From Desulfatiglandales bacterium (GTDB taxonomy: Bacteria; Desulfobacterota; DSM-4660; Desulfatiglandales; HGW-15), in contig CAXXJJ010000004.1 in NCBI GenBank assembly GCA_963667015.2, positions 608,001 through 672,000 on the forward strand: a DNA stretch of 64,000 bases, read 5' to 3'. Shown piece by piece: positions 1 through 9,812 of the stretch. Position 1 is the first letter of the stretch, and each line of letters opens with the position of its first letter. The notes under the pieces were generated by a model. It was not told the DNA's origin and ran no database searches. It saw only the letters and a program-made list of their open reading frames with translations. Position numbers and translations under genes: made by a program.

Positions 1-489
1 GTTAGAGGTAAAGAAGAAGGAATGCTTTTTGATCCAAGCAATCTCAAGACAATAAGCAAAGAGATGGCCTATGTTCCCAAAAAGGAGCAGCTCAATACCC
101 GGGAAGAAATGATCAAGATGGCAATTACATATCCCGAGGGTTTGAAAGTGGGAAGTTTTGTAAAAGTGGATTCGCCAATGGCAGATGATGCATACAGATA
201 TGAAAACGGCCAGCTTATGGCAGGTCCGGGCTGTACCTTCTTTAAGGGCTGCGACAATATGAAGACACAGACGATACCTACCCTTGCAGGAATCAAATAT
301 AAAGTTCTGGCTGTTGACGAAGAAATGGGTGTTGTTGCCATTCGTATGAATTTTGGCCCTGGTTCTCTCTTTTCCGGTCAGGGCGAACTTGATGTATGGC
401 ATTCATTCAAGATTTACGACGGCCTGATACATTCGGCAGAAGCATATTGTGAAAAAGTCCCACCCGGAACGCCATTCGGGTGGGAATAG
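1..489 (+). CDS. Hypothetical protein, 5'-partial (C-terminal part of an uncharacterised family)
   Basis: Frame is open from base 1 through ORF 22..489; protein-like composition; no recognisable catalytic motif. Confidence 0.6.
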   Translation, partial: VRGKEEGMLFDPSNLKTISKEMAYVPKKEQLNTREEMIKMAITYPEGLKVGSFVKVDSPMADDAYRYENGQLMAGPGCTFFKGCDNMKTQTIPTLAGIKYKVLAVDEEMGVVAIRMNFGPGSLFSGQGELDVWHSFKIYDGLIHSAEAYCEKVPPGTPFGWE

Positions 490-591
490 TACAGGGATTC
501 CCGGGGCCCTATACCGGCAGTTATCTTCGGATGATATTTTCATCCGGAAAAGAGTATCAAGATCACTGTAATAGCAGGTATTCATTGATCA

Positions 592-619
592 TTGACACCC
601 TGATTATCTCTGGTATAGT
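592..619 (+). promoter_or_regulatory. sigma70-type promoter for the Fe-S/AOR operon
   Basis: TTGACA (592-597), 16 bp spacer ending TGG, TATAGT (614-619). Confidence 0.55.
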
Positions 620-712
620 ATCCGGGTTCCTCAATATATAGTTGGCCATTTTAAGCAGCGGTTTTTCGGCCTTAAAATGATATTAACCTGTTATCAATCA
701 AGGAGTTAACTA

Positions 713-1507
713 ATGCCAAAAGACAAAAAACCTGACAAAAATGAAACATCAGAAAAGACGATGAACCGGCGGCAATTTCTTGTCGGCGGCAGTGCTGCAC
801 TTGCTGCAGGGGCAATTGCAGCAACCACCGGTGTAAAATCCGCTGCGGCAGCTGAACCCGAATCCTATCCGGAATCAAAGGGCTATCTGGTTTATGACAG
901 CAAAAAATGTATCGGCTGTACAACATGTATGCTGAGCTGCTCCATGGTCCATTATGGAGAGCAAAACCTGTCGCTCGCCAGAATCCAGATAATGCAGGAT
1001 TCCTTTGGAAAATTCCCGAACGATCTCCAGATATCACCCTGCAGACAGTGTGTAACACCTCCATGTGTTATAAACTGCCCGGTAGGAGCCGCTTATATTG
1101 ACACCGAAAACGGCAATGTCAGAAGGATTAACGAAGATGATTGTGTCGGTTGTGGAACCTGCCTTAAAATGTGTCCCCAGCAGCCTCATCGACCTGTATG
1201 GAACCATATTACAGGAAAATCCACAAAATGCGACCTTTGCATCGATACCCCTTACTGGGATGAAAAAGGTGGTCCCGGTGGCAAACAGGCGTGCGTGGAA
1301 TCATGCCCAATGCAGGCCATCAAGTTTGTTACAGAAACTCCTGACCAGAAAGAGACCGAAGGGTATAATGTCAACCTGCGTAATGATCACTGGTTAAATC
1401 TTGGCCTGGTTGATGACAGCAGGATAATACCACCAAAAATGAAAAATGCGGGACCGATGATGTTTGGCCCACCAAAAGCAAAACCAAAACCAAAGGCAAA
1501 GGGATAG
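713..1507 (+). CDS. Tat-exported 4Fe-4S dicluster protein (DmsB/AorA-like electron-transfer subunit)
   Basis: MNRRQFL twin-arginine signal + hydrophobic stretch + AxA; four Cys clusters (CIGCTTC, CRQC..PC..CP, CVGCGTC..CP, KCDLC..ACVESCP); AAGGAG RBS. Confidence 0.9.
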   Translation: MPKDKKPDKNETSEKTMNRRQFLVGGSAALAAGAIAATTGVKSAAAAEPESYPESKGYLVYDSKKCIGCTTCMLSCSMVHYGEQNLSLARIQIMQDSFGKFPNDLQISPCRQCVTPPCVINCPVGAAYIDTENGNVRRINEDDCVGCGTCLKMCPQQPHRPVWNHITGKSTKCDLCIDTPYWDEKGGPGGKQACVESCPMQAIKFVTETPDQKETEGYNVNLRNDHWLNLGLVDDSRIIPPKMKNAGPMMFGPPKAKPKPKAKG

Positions 1508-1517
1508 GAGGATCGAT

Positions 1518-3575
1518 ATGAAAGGCGGATATACAGGTAAAATAGCAAGAGTAAACCTGACTACCAAATCGGTAAGCACGATTCCAACTGAAAAATACAT
1601 AGAGTTTGGCGGTGGTCATGGAATAGGATCAGCGATTTTCTTGGATCTGGTAGGGGACCAGCTGCCCTTTGAGGCATTTGATCCCAGAAATTTAATAATA
1701 ATGATGACATCCCCGTTTTCAGGAACAAATGTCCCTGCTTCCGGCAGATGCGAAGTTCAGGGCCTTGGTCCGATGCTTTATCCTATTGAATGGTTTGGCC
1801 ACAGCAGCTTTGGCGGACGCTTTACTTCCCAGCTAAAGTTTGCCGGGTGGGACGGCATTGTTGTTGAAGGTGCTGCAAGCGGACCCGTATGGATAAACAT
1901 TGTAAATGATAAAATCACAATTGAAGACGGGAAAGACGTCTGGGGAATGGATACCTGGGATACTCAGCAGGAGATATCCAGGCGGGTAATCCCCGGTCTC
2001 AGGCAGGGTGAATGGGCAGAGGTTGCAGATGATGACTACACTACCCAGATACCGGCTGTAGTATGCTGCGGTGTTGCAGGAGAAAACAAAAGTCGTCTTG
2101 GAGCCCTTCTTCATGGACCGGGATCACAGGCTGCATTATGTGGTTTTGGAGGGGTATTCGGTTCAAAAAATCTGAAAGCTATAAGCGCAATAGGAACAGG
2201 CGGTGTAAAGATTGCTGATCCGCAGGCCTTTATGGATGCGCGTTTGTGGTACAGACAGTTTCAGTGGAACGTAGACAATCCCCGCGAAGCGAAAAGATTT
2301 GAGGCCAGTGGATACAGCCTTATCAGCGGTGCACCCAGCGGAGGAAACGTTACAAATGGAAGACCTCCTCTGGTCCCGGCAAGGGCGGCTGCCTGTGCGT
2401 CATGCCCCAGGGGCTGTCGCATGAGAACGGCTACAGGTGACAGTAATGAATCGGTTTGCGCTGGAACAATGGTTTTTGGAGGATTCGGAAGAGGAAACGC
2501 TGCAGAGTCCCGCAGAAATAACGACCTGATGCAAAAATACGGTTTCGGACACTGGCAGCTTATGCCGACTATGAGATACCTGACGAGTCTCAAATCAAGA
2601 GGCCTTATAGGTCCCGGCAAGCTGATGGAATGTGATCTTCCTCTGGACAAGGAGAATACTCCGGGTTTTGCAAATATGCTCATGGATGCCATGGCAAACC
2701 GAAAAGGGATCGGTGATGACATGGCCGAAGGTGCTGCAAGATGGGCAAAAAAATATGGTCTACTTGAAGATGATATGAGCAAAGGAATACTCCGTTTGAG
2801 CTACTATGGGACCCAGGAGCACTATGACTCAACCACACAGGTCGAGTGGGGTTTCGGATCTATCCTCGGTGAACGCGACCTTATGCTGCATATGATGTCT
2901 AATTATCCGCTTCACTGGATGGCCCAGTCGCGTGACCCCTATCTGACAGCAGAGGAAGCTGCCAAGATTTATACAAAGGCAATGGTTCCCTATCATGATT
3001 ATGACGGTCATGAGTTCATGCTTGACTACGGCGATGGTCCAACCGGAATTTATTCTGACCACAAGGTAAAACAGGTTGCCTGGGTAAAACATTATGAAAA
3101 AATGTGGATAGGCGGCGGAGGATTCTGCGGCTGGAGATGGCCAATGTGTATCACAAACAATACAGCAGACAGACACGGGCCCACACCCGAGGCAGAACAG
3201 AGATTCTGGAATGCTGTAACTGGAGACAACAAAACCTTTGAAGAATCCATGGAACTGGGTCATAAGATCTATACCCTGGACAGGTCAATCTGGGTACTGC
3301 AGGGCAGGCACAGGGATACGGAAGTATTTCCGGATTATATTTACGACCAGCCCACCAGAGGAAGTGAGCAGCCCATGTACCAGAATGGCAAATGGGCCTA
3401 CGAGACCGGTCAGGGCAGAAAGCTGAGCAGAGAAAAATTTGAAGACTGGAAAACCAGGTTCTATAAATTTGAGGGTTACAATCCTGAAAATGGATACCCC
3501 ACAAAGAAAACCCTTAAGAAAATGAATCTCGATAAAGTCGCCACGCTTTTGAAGAAGAAGGATAGACTGGGTTAG
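1518..3575 (+). CDS. Aldehyde:ferredoxin oxidoreductase family (W/Mo-bis-pterin) catalytic subunit
   Basis: GYTGKIARVNL start, FGGRF..QLKFAGWDGIVVEG, GFGGVFGSKNLKAI, CxxCxxxC, D.MAEG motif. Start at ATG 1518 after GGAGG rather than 1464. Confidence 0.9.
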   Translation: MKGGYTGKIARVNLTTKSVSTIPTEKYIEFGGGHGIGSAIFLDLVGDQLPFEAFDPRNLIIMMTSPFSGTNVPASGRCEVQGLGPMLYPIEWFGHSSFGGRFTSQLKFAGWDGIVVEGAASGPVWINIVNDKITIEDGKDVWGMDTWDTQQEISRRVIPGLRQGEWAEVADDDYTTQIPAVVCCGVAGENKSRLGALLHGPGSQAALCGFGGVFGSKNLKAISAIGTGGVKIADPQAFMDARLWYRQFQWNVDNPREAKRFEASGYSLISGAPSGGNVTNGRPPLVPARAAACASCPRGCRMRTATGDSNESVCAGTMVFGGFGRGNAAESRRNNDLMQKYGFGHWQLMPTMRYLTSLKSRGLIGPGKLMECDLPLDKENTPGFANMLMDAMANRKGIGDDMAEGAARWAKKYGLLEDDMSKGILRLSYYGTQEHYDSTTQVEWGFGSILGERDLMLHMMSNYPLHWMAQSRDPYLTAEEAAKIYTKAMVPYHDYDGHEFMLDYGDGPTGIYSDHKVKQVAWVKHYEKMWIGGGGFCGWRWPMCITNNTADRHGPTPEAEQRFWNAVTGDNKTFEESMELGHKIYTLDRSIWVLQGRHRDTEVFPDYIYDQPTRGSEQPMYQNGKWAYETGQGRKLSREKFEDWKTRFYKFEGYNPENGYPTKKTLKKMNLDKVATLLKKKDRLG

Positions 3576-3608
3576 CAGGTCTTGGCACTTATTTTGATTT
3601 AAAGACGC

Positions 3609-3643
3609 ATTCGCCGGGAAGAATATTCTCCCCGGCGAATTTT
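3609..3643 (+). terminator. Intrinsic terminator-like hairpin after AOR
   Basis: ATTCGCCGGG...CCCGGCGAAT followed by TTT. Confidence 0.6.
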
Positions 3644-3811
3644 CTATGAAAGATATAACTAATTTAATATTTTTAACCTTATCCGGGTTGAAGATGTCAA
3701 ATTTCACCAATATTTTTATTATGATCCAGGCATACATTTTTCACACAGTTATCCAACCTTGTATGTGTCTAATTTTAAAAATCAATCTAAAATCGATTCA
3801 GGAGGCTTAAC

Positions 3812-5545
3812 ATGAAAAGGATATTTACATCAGCTAAATTCCTGCTTTTACTTGCTGCGTCTATCCTTGTGTGCAGTGCAGCTCAGGGCAGTGAAAAAAT
3901 TACGGTAATGAATCCGGCAATCGCAAATCCCATGGTGGACCGGGTAGCATTGACAAAACGTCTCGACACACTTGATAACAAAACCCTTTATCTCGTGGAT
4001 ATCAACTGGGGCGGCCCTGATGCGGCCTACGGTGTTTTCAAGGAAATGGAAATATGGTTTTCTGAAAATATGCCCAAGGTAAATGTTGTACTAAAGAGAA
4101 AAAACGGCAGCTACATGTCTGATGACCCGGCATTATGGAAAGAGATCGGTGAAAAAGGAGATGCCGCAGTTATCGGAATATCTGGTTGAGACAGCTGTAC
4201 CTCGGCCGTGAGCCGATTCTGTAAAACACTGGAAACAACCTATAATATACCTACTGTAGGCGGAGCAGCAGCCAATATCATGAGTTATGCTGTTGGATAT
4301 AATATCACAAATGTAACCGGCATGCCTGTCCGTTTTGTCGGATTTCCTTTTCCTGTTGCAGGCCAGCCTCAGAAAGTCCACAGGCAATATGTAAGGGGAA
4401 ATGATATGTTGAGCGGTAAACCAATGATGCAGACCATCATTGAAGGCCTTACAAAACCACGGACGGAAGAAGAAAAATACTCAGGTCCTGCTCCGGCCCC
4501 GACTCCGGAACCCAGATTTTTACCCCCGGATACAGAAGAAAACCTTCGTCGTCTTTTCAAGGAGAAGGACTGGACCGACTATAATCCAATAATTCTTCCT
4601 ACTGAAGATAAAGTAAAAGCCATGCTTGAAGGCACAAGTCACGAAGCAGATGAAGTGCTTGTAACCCTTAACTGGCCTGGAGGAGAAAGAAAATTTACCG
4701 TGGAAAAAGCAGCAATCTGTGCTGTTATGGCAGGTGCAAAACCTGAATACTTCCCGCTTATTCTGGCACTTGGGACGCAGGTAGGAAATTTTGGCAATTC
4801 CACCAGTTCAATGGCAAATATAATACTGGTCAATGGACCGATACGCAATGAACTGGGGATGAATTACAAGGGAAATGCCATGGGCCCCCATAATGAGGTC
4901 AACTCCGTTGTGGGCCGTGTCTTCACCCTTATGGCAAAGACAGCCGGCAATATTCATCATGGAGTAACTACTTTCAGCACACTGGGAAGCAACCTTCAAT
5001 ACAACAATCTCTGCATAGCAGAAAATGAAGAGGCCCTTCCGGAAGGCTGGAAACCCTACCATGTGAGTATGAGGTTTAAACCCAATGACAGCACGATCAC
5101 GGTAGGCAGGGGTTGGACCTATATTTCAAGTGTAGGTGAAGCACAGAAGGCTTATCCTCCACACTTCCTCATGCGTGATTATATGAGATCTCTGGGAGCA
5201 TTCGGTGGTGCATCCGTAATAATGGACCCGACAGTTGCAAAACTGCTTAAGGATAATTATGAAATGAAAACAAAAGAAGATCTCAGTAAATGGCTTGCAG
5301 AGAATATTGAAAAAACAGTTGATTCATTCTGGGGTAACGGTGTTGCAGCCACAGGAATGCTGCCGATGGCCAGACAGGGCCTGCCTCCATATGCAGATTA
5401 CCTGAATATGCCGGGAGATACGCTGATAAAGCCCTTTAACGCCCGCAGCATCAATATATTAGCTGTTGGCGGTGAGATTCAGACAACATGGTTTGTTACC
5501 GATTTCGGTCTTGGCAGGCCGGTTTCGGTTGATGAGTGGAGATAG
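3812..5545 (+). CDS. UGSC-family selenoprotein (signal peptide, U-D-S-C motif, 577 aa, Sec126)
   Basis: ORFs 3812..4189 and 4208..5545 are in the same frame. Read-through of TGA 4187-4189 gives ISG-U-DSCTSAV. A hairpin follows the UGA. C-terminal part has the WTDxxPIILPTEDKV motif of this family. Confidence 0.85.
4190..4222 (+). promoter_or_regulatory. Bacterial SECIS-like hairpin
   Basis: TCGGC-cgtga-GCCGA stem-loop (4202-4216) starting 13 nt after the UGA, extendable by ACAG/CTGT pairing. Confidence 0.65.
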
Positions 5546-5552
5546 AAAAGCA

Positions 5553-5707
5553 GGATTCAAGGGTTCGAGGGGTCGAGGGTTCCAGTGCCTCTGTAATAAC
5601 CTGAGTAGTTATTTTTAAGGTCTCAATATTATTAAAGTTGAGAAATCAGTTGTAGATATTTTTATTTTTTTTCGCTTGAACCCTTGAAACCTGGGACCCT
5701 TGAACCC
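5553..5707. repeat. Inverted pair of 8-bp tandem repeat arrays (TTCRAGGG-like x4 / CCCTTGAA-like x4)
   Basis: ttcaaggg ttcgaggg gtcgaggg ttccagtg (5556-5587) and cgcttgaa cccttgaa acctggga cccttgaa (5673-5704). Confidence 0.8.
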
Positions 5708-5733
5708 TTTTTTAAAAAATTTTAGGAGCAACA

Positions 5734-6153
5734 ATGAAAAAAATAGTTTTATTAATTTTAATGGTTATTTTTACTTTTCCGGCACCCGGCAAAGCAGCTG
5801 AAGTGGCTCAGATCAAACCCCATGAGTTAAAGCAGCTAATTGATAAAAAAAGTAAATTTATACTTATAGATTCAAGGGACAGCGGGAAGTATAGCCAGGG
5901 GCATATTGAAGGAGCTGTAAATATCCATTTTGATCCTTCAGGAGACCCCAATGCCCGTCAAATGATTCTGATGGCCCTGCCTATTGATAATCTTATAATT
6001 ATTTACGGTGATGCCGAAGATGAGAAAGCAGCTGAAGGTCTTGCACTTGAGCTATATGATATGGGCTGTGACATGGATAGTCTGAAGATTTTATCCGGAG
6101 GCATAGCTCAGTGGAAAAAGCAGGGATTCACTCTTATAACTGCCGGCAATTAA
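5734..6153 (+). CDS. Secreted rhodanese-like domain protein (active-site Cys absent)
   Basis: Signal peptide; LIDSRD..YSQGHIEGAVNI and LSGGIAQW signatures; active-site loop reads IYGDAE. Confidence 0.8.
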   Translation: MKKIVLLILMVIFTFPAPGKAAEVAQIKPHELKQLIDKKSKFILIDSRDSGKYSQGHIEGAVNIHFDPSGDPNARQMILMALPIDNLIIIYGDAEDEKAAEGLALELYDMGCDMDSLKILSGGIAQWKKQGFTLITAGN

Positions 6154-6168
6154 CAGGAGATCTATAAT

Positions 6169-8535
6169 ATGGCCGACTTAGCAGGTGTAAACGGGCAAAG
6201 GAAGGAATTCAGGGTTGTTGGGAAACCAAACCTTCCCGGCAGACTGTCCTATTCAATAGCAACAGGCGTGGCAAGATACGGCGCAGACTATGTAGTTCAG
6301 GATATGCTCCATGCAAAGTTTTTAAGGAGCCCCTATGCAAATGCCATAATAAAGAGCATGAATACAGACAATGCCATGAAAATCCCCGGAGTTGTCGACA
6401 TTCTTACCTGGGAAGATGCGGATATCAAAGGGTTGAGTGCAGGCGGGGGATTTATGGGACCCGGCCAGCCTCTCCTGACTGATGCTGCAGATCAGGAAGG
6501 AGGCATTATAGGGGCAATTGTCGTTGCTGAAGATGAAGACATCTGCGATGAAGCCTTAAGGAGGCTTAAAGAAGACTCTGAGTGGGAAATATTGCCGCAT
6601 CTGGTAGACATCCTTGAAGGAAGAAAACCGGATGCACCGGTGATTCGCCCCCCTGCCCCACAAACAGGCGGAGGAGGATTCGGAACAGGAGGAGGAAATA
6701 ACCCGCCTAAAAAAGGTAATGTTTCCTATTCCAACATAAGCGCGGGCGATATAGAGGCCGGGTTCAGGGAGGCTGATCATATCATAGAATATGACATAAA
6801 CCTCCCTGCATTTGCGGGGCATCTCCCGGATCCTGTAGGATCTGTTGCATGGTGGTTTAATGCCCCTTATCATGGCGAAGGGAAGAGCCTCAGGATAGAA
6901 GGCAATGCCTGGGGCCATGACCAGGTAGTGGGCATGTACAAGATGCCCCCGGAAAAGGTCTTTCAGGAGTGTATGCTTGTAGGAGGCAGATATTGTGACT
7001 GGGGCATACGCGAATCCCAGTTAATCACACCCCTTTTAGCTAAAAGAACCGGAAGACCGGTCAGATGTGTTCAGAGCCGCTATGATCAATATGACTTCAA
7101 CCTTAACCAGCGCTTCATGCATATGAAGATCGGCTTTAAAAAGGATGGCCTGATTACCGCGATAGACGATTTTTCAATCGCAGACAACGGGGTCCGAAGC
7201 AGTTCGGTTTTTGGCACTTCAATGGATCAAACCTATGGCCCCTATTTCACCACAAGGTGCCAGAATGTCAGGCAAAACATGGACATTGTTGACAGCAACC
7301 GCGGCAAGATGTGGCTAAGCGGTCAGCATAATCCAATGAACTGGGATTCAATAACCCTGGCAATACTTATGATTGCCGATAAACTTGACAAAGACCCTGT
7401 CGATGTAGCAAGGCTTAATCTGCACGGACCCACATCCCAGACTGACCCTGATCCTGTACCCAGCTTTGAGGCATGTATTGAAGCCGCAAAGAAAATGATG
7501 AACTGGAAGTGGCACAGAAAAGGTGAGAAAAAGCTTAAAGACGGAAGGCTGCACGGAGCAGGCTTCAGGTATCAGCAGTGTCCCAGACACTCCGGCATGG
7601 TGTTCAACCCTAAACTTGAACTCAGAAACGGTGTTGTACACCTTGATTCCAGGGGTCCTGTTATAGGCAATTATATAATGGAAGCAAATATGATGGTTGT
7701 TGCCGAAGAACTTGGACTGAGGTATGAAGATATCAAGGGTGAACTCGATCACCATGAAATCTATAAACCCTGGGGTGGAGGAAGTGACGGAACAACCGCT
7801 TCTGGCTGGGCATTGAAGGAATGTGCCAATAAATTAAAAAAGCTGATCCTTGAGACTGCGATAGAGGAAGCAAATAATCCTGCCCCGACTGGCGGTATTG
7901 GCGGATTTGGCCCGAAACAACCTCCCAATCCATTTAAGGATGCAAAACCTTCCGATCTTGACCTGCAGGATGGAAAGGTTGTGTTCAAAAACAATACCGA
8001 TAAAGGGCTTCCCCTTGCACAGGCCGTCAAGTCCAACCTTTTTGCAACCTATTCAGGCAGGCCACCCCTTGCCCTATGGAACGAACGTGGCAAAAAACTG
8101 GACACCATGAATGTTGCCATGTGTGAGGTTGCTGTTGATACTGAGACAGGAGAGGTAGAAATCCTCCGCTTTGGCGTGGTCGCTGATCCGGGCAAGATCA
8201 TGCGTCGTACCTCGCTTGAGAGCCAGATTCATCAGGTAATGTATTTCAGTGAAGGCTGCCAGCTGTTTGAAGATTATATATATGATAATAAAACAGGTGT
8301 GAAACTCAGCACCAATATGTTTGAATATAAAAAACCGACTATTATGGATCATGCGCCGGTTGACATGGAACTGCTTGAAACCCGTGCGGGAAATGCCTGT
8401 TACGGGGCTAATGGTATCAGCCATTCACTTGCAAATACCCATCTTGTTATTTCTGCGATATACAACGCGATAGGCAAATGGGTCGATCCTCCGGCTACGC
8501 CGGATAAGGTCCTTAAGGCCCTGGGAAAGGCATAG
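6169..8535 (+). CDS. Xanthine dehydrogenase family molybdopterin-binding subunit
   Basis: ATGxARYGAD, LHAKFLRSPYANA, KRTGRPV, EVAVDTETGEVEI, P.TPDKVLKALG motifs. Confidence 0.9.
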   Translation: MADLAGVNGQRKEFRVVGKPNLPGRLSYSIATGVARYGADYVVQDMLHAKFLRSPYANAIIKSMNTDNAMKIPGVVDILTWEDADIKGLSAGGGFMGPGQPLLTDAADQEGGIIGAIVVAEDEDICDEALRRLKEDSEWEILPHLVDILEGRKPDAPVIRPPAPQTGGGGFGTGGGNNPPKKGNVSYSNISAGDIEAGFREADHIIEYDINLPAFAGHLPDPVGSVAWWFNAPYHGEGKSLRIEGNAWGHDQVVGMYKMPPEKVFQECMLVGGRYCDWGIRESQLITPLLAKRTGRPVRCVQSRYDQYDFNLNQRFMHMKIGFKKDGLITAIDDFSIADNGVRSSSVFGTSMDQTYGPYFTTRCQNVRQNMDIVDSNRGKMWLSGQHNPMNWDSITLAILMIADKLDKDPVDVARLNLHGPTSQTDPDPVPSFEACIEAAKKMMNWKWHRKGEKKLKDGRLHGAGFRYQQCPRHSGMVFNPKLELRNGVVHLDSRGPVIGNYIMEANMMVVAEELGLRYEDIKGELDHHEIYKPWGGGSDGTTASGWALKECANKLKKLILETAIEEANNPAPTGGIGGFGPKQPPNPFKDAKPSDLDLQDGKVVFKNNTDKGLPLAQAVKSNLFATYSGRPPLALWNERGKKLDTMNVAMCEVAVDTETGEVEILRFGVVADPGKIMRRTSLESQIHQVMYFSEGCQLFEDYIYDNKTGVKLSTNMFEYKKPTIMDHAPVDMELLETRAGNACYGANGISHSLANTHLVISAIYNAIGKWVDPPATPDKVLKALGKA

Positions 8536-8545
8536 GAATACAGTA

Positions 8546-8935
8546 ATGCAGAAATATCTTACTAAATGGATTGATTATAAACTTCCTACTGGTCAGGAAT
8601 TTTCAGTGGCTGTCTGCGGATACAGCGGGAAGGTTCGGCATTTATACCTTGGAAATGACCCTATACGCAGGATGATTGCACAGCATGTTTATGCGGAAGA
8701 AGGATTCTGTCAGATAGGTGACCACTGCTTTGCCCTGGACTGCCCCCTTAACAGGGCAGATAAGGAACATCTCCTTCACATGCTTGACATGACGGAGGAT
8801 GAAGCAATGGACCCAGAGGCATCCGAACAATGGGGAACCGGAAGTACTCTGGAGGGCTTTCTGTTATTTGCCCGTAAGATAACCGAATCACTACCCGAAG
8901 ACCTGAAAAAACCCCAGGCTCCGGTAGAGGAATAA
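8546..8935 (+). CDS. Hypothetical Cys-containing protein
   Basis: 129-aa ORF tightly coupled in the operon; C-x5-C-x4-C cluster. Confidence 0.7.
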   Translation: MQKYLTKWIDYKLPTGQEFSVAVCGYSGKVRHLYLGNDPIRRMIAQHVYAEEGFCQIGDHCFALDCPLNRADKEHLLHMLDMTEDEAMDPEASEQWGTGSTLEGFLLFARKITESLPEDLKKPQAPVEE

Positions 8936-8954
8936 CAGGGACTCTGGAATATCT

Positions 8955-9806
8955 ATGGAAAAAGTAACAGACTGGATCGCACTGTGGAAAGAACTTGTCG
9001 AAAAGCAGGGGCCATTCTGGAACCATAAAAAAAGATCCAAAGATAACAGGGATAAATGGAAGGACAGGTCACAGGGATTTTATGACCGTGTCAAAAAAAG
9101 ATGGTCAAAACCGGATCCTCACAGAGATTTTATTGTCTCCATGATTTCATCGGTCAGTGATGCCACTGTTATTGATATCGGTGCAGGAACAGGCGCATGG
9201 GCTGTTTATTTATCGAGATCAGCAAAAAAGATTACGGCAATTGAGCCTTCTGCTGAAATGAGACAGATATTAAGGGAAAATATAGAAAAAGAAGGTGTTG
9301 ACAATGTTGAAGTCCTGGACAAATTATGGCCTGTGCCCGACATGGAAACACATGATTTCTCTCTCGCTTCACACTCTGTTTACGGATGCGAAAATCTTCA
9401 GGGCTTTGTTAATGCAATGACCAGAGCCACGAGGAATACCTGCTTTATGCTGCTCCGGGCCCCTGATCATAACGGTCTTATGGCAAGGGCCGCCAGCAGG
9501 ATCTGGGGGCAGCCCTATGACAGCCCTAATTTTCAGGTAGCCTACAATGCAATGCTCCAGATGGGCATGTTTCCCAATGTGCTCATGGAAGAAAGAGGCA
9601 TGTGGCCAAGATGGACAAATAATAACTTTGAAGAAGCATTTGAAAGGATCAGGTCAAGATTCGGGCTTGAAAAAGACACAGATTATGATCCATTCCTAAG
9701 GAATCTCATTGAGAAGCACCTTAATGAAAAAAACGGAATGATAAAATGGCCTTCCGAATTAAGAACCGGCCTTGTCTACTGGAATACTTTAAGAGAACAG
9801 GACTAG
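8955..9806 (+). CDS. Class I SAM-dependent methyltransferase
   Basis: VIDIGAGTG motif I, ITAIEPS motif II. Confidence 0.85.
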   Translation: MEKVTDWIALWKELVEKQGPFWNHKKRSKDNRDKWKDRSQGFYDRVKKRWSKPDPHRDFIVSMISSVSDATVIDIGAGTGAWAVYLSRSAKKITAIEPSAEMRQILRENIEKEGVDNVEVLDKLWPVPDMETHDFSLASHSVYGCENLQGFVNAMTRATRNTCFMLLRAPDHNGLMARAASRIWGQPYDSPNFQVAYNAMLQMGMFPNVLMEERGMWPRWTNNNFEEAFERIRSRFGLEKDTDYDPFLRNLIEKHLNEKNGMIKWPSELRTGLVYWNTLREQD

Positions 9807-9812
9807 ACAAAT

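Noticed and set aside
4208..5545. Independent 445-aa gene starting at GTG 4208
   Set aside because: No RBS; in frame with the upstream ORF across a UGA in a UxxC motif, so treated as one selenoprotein
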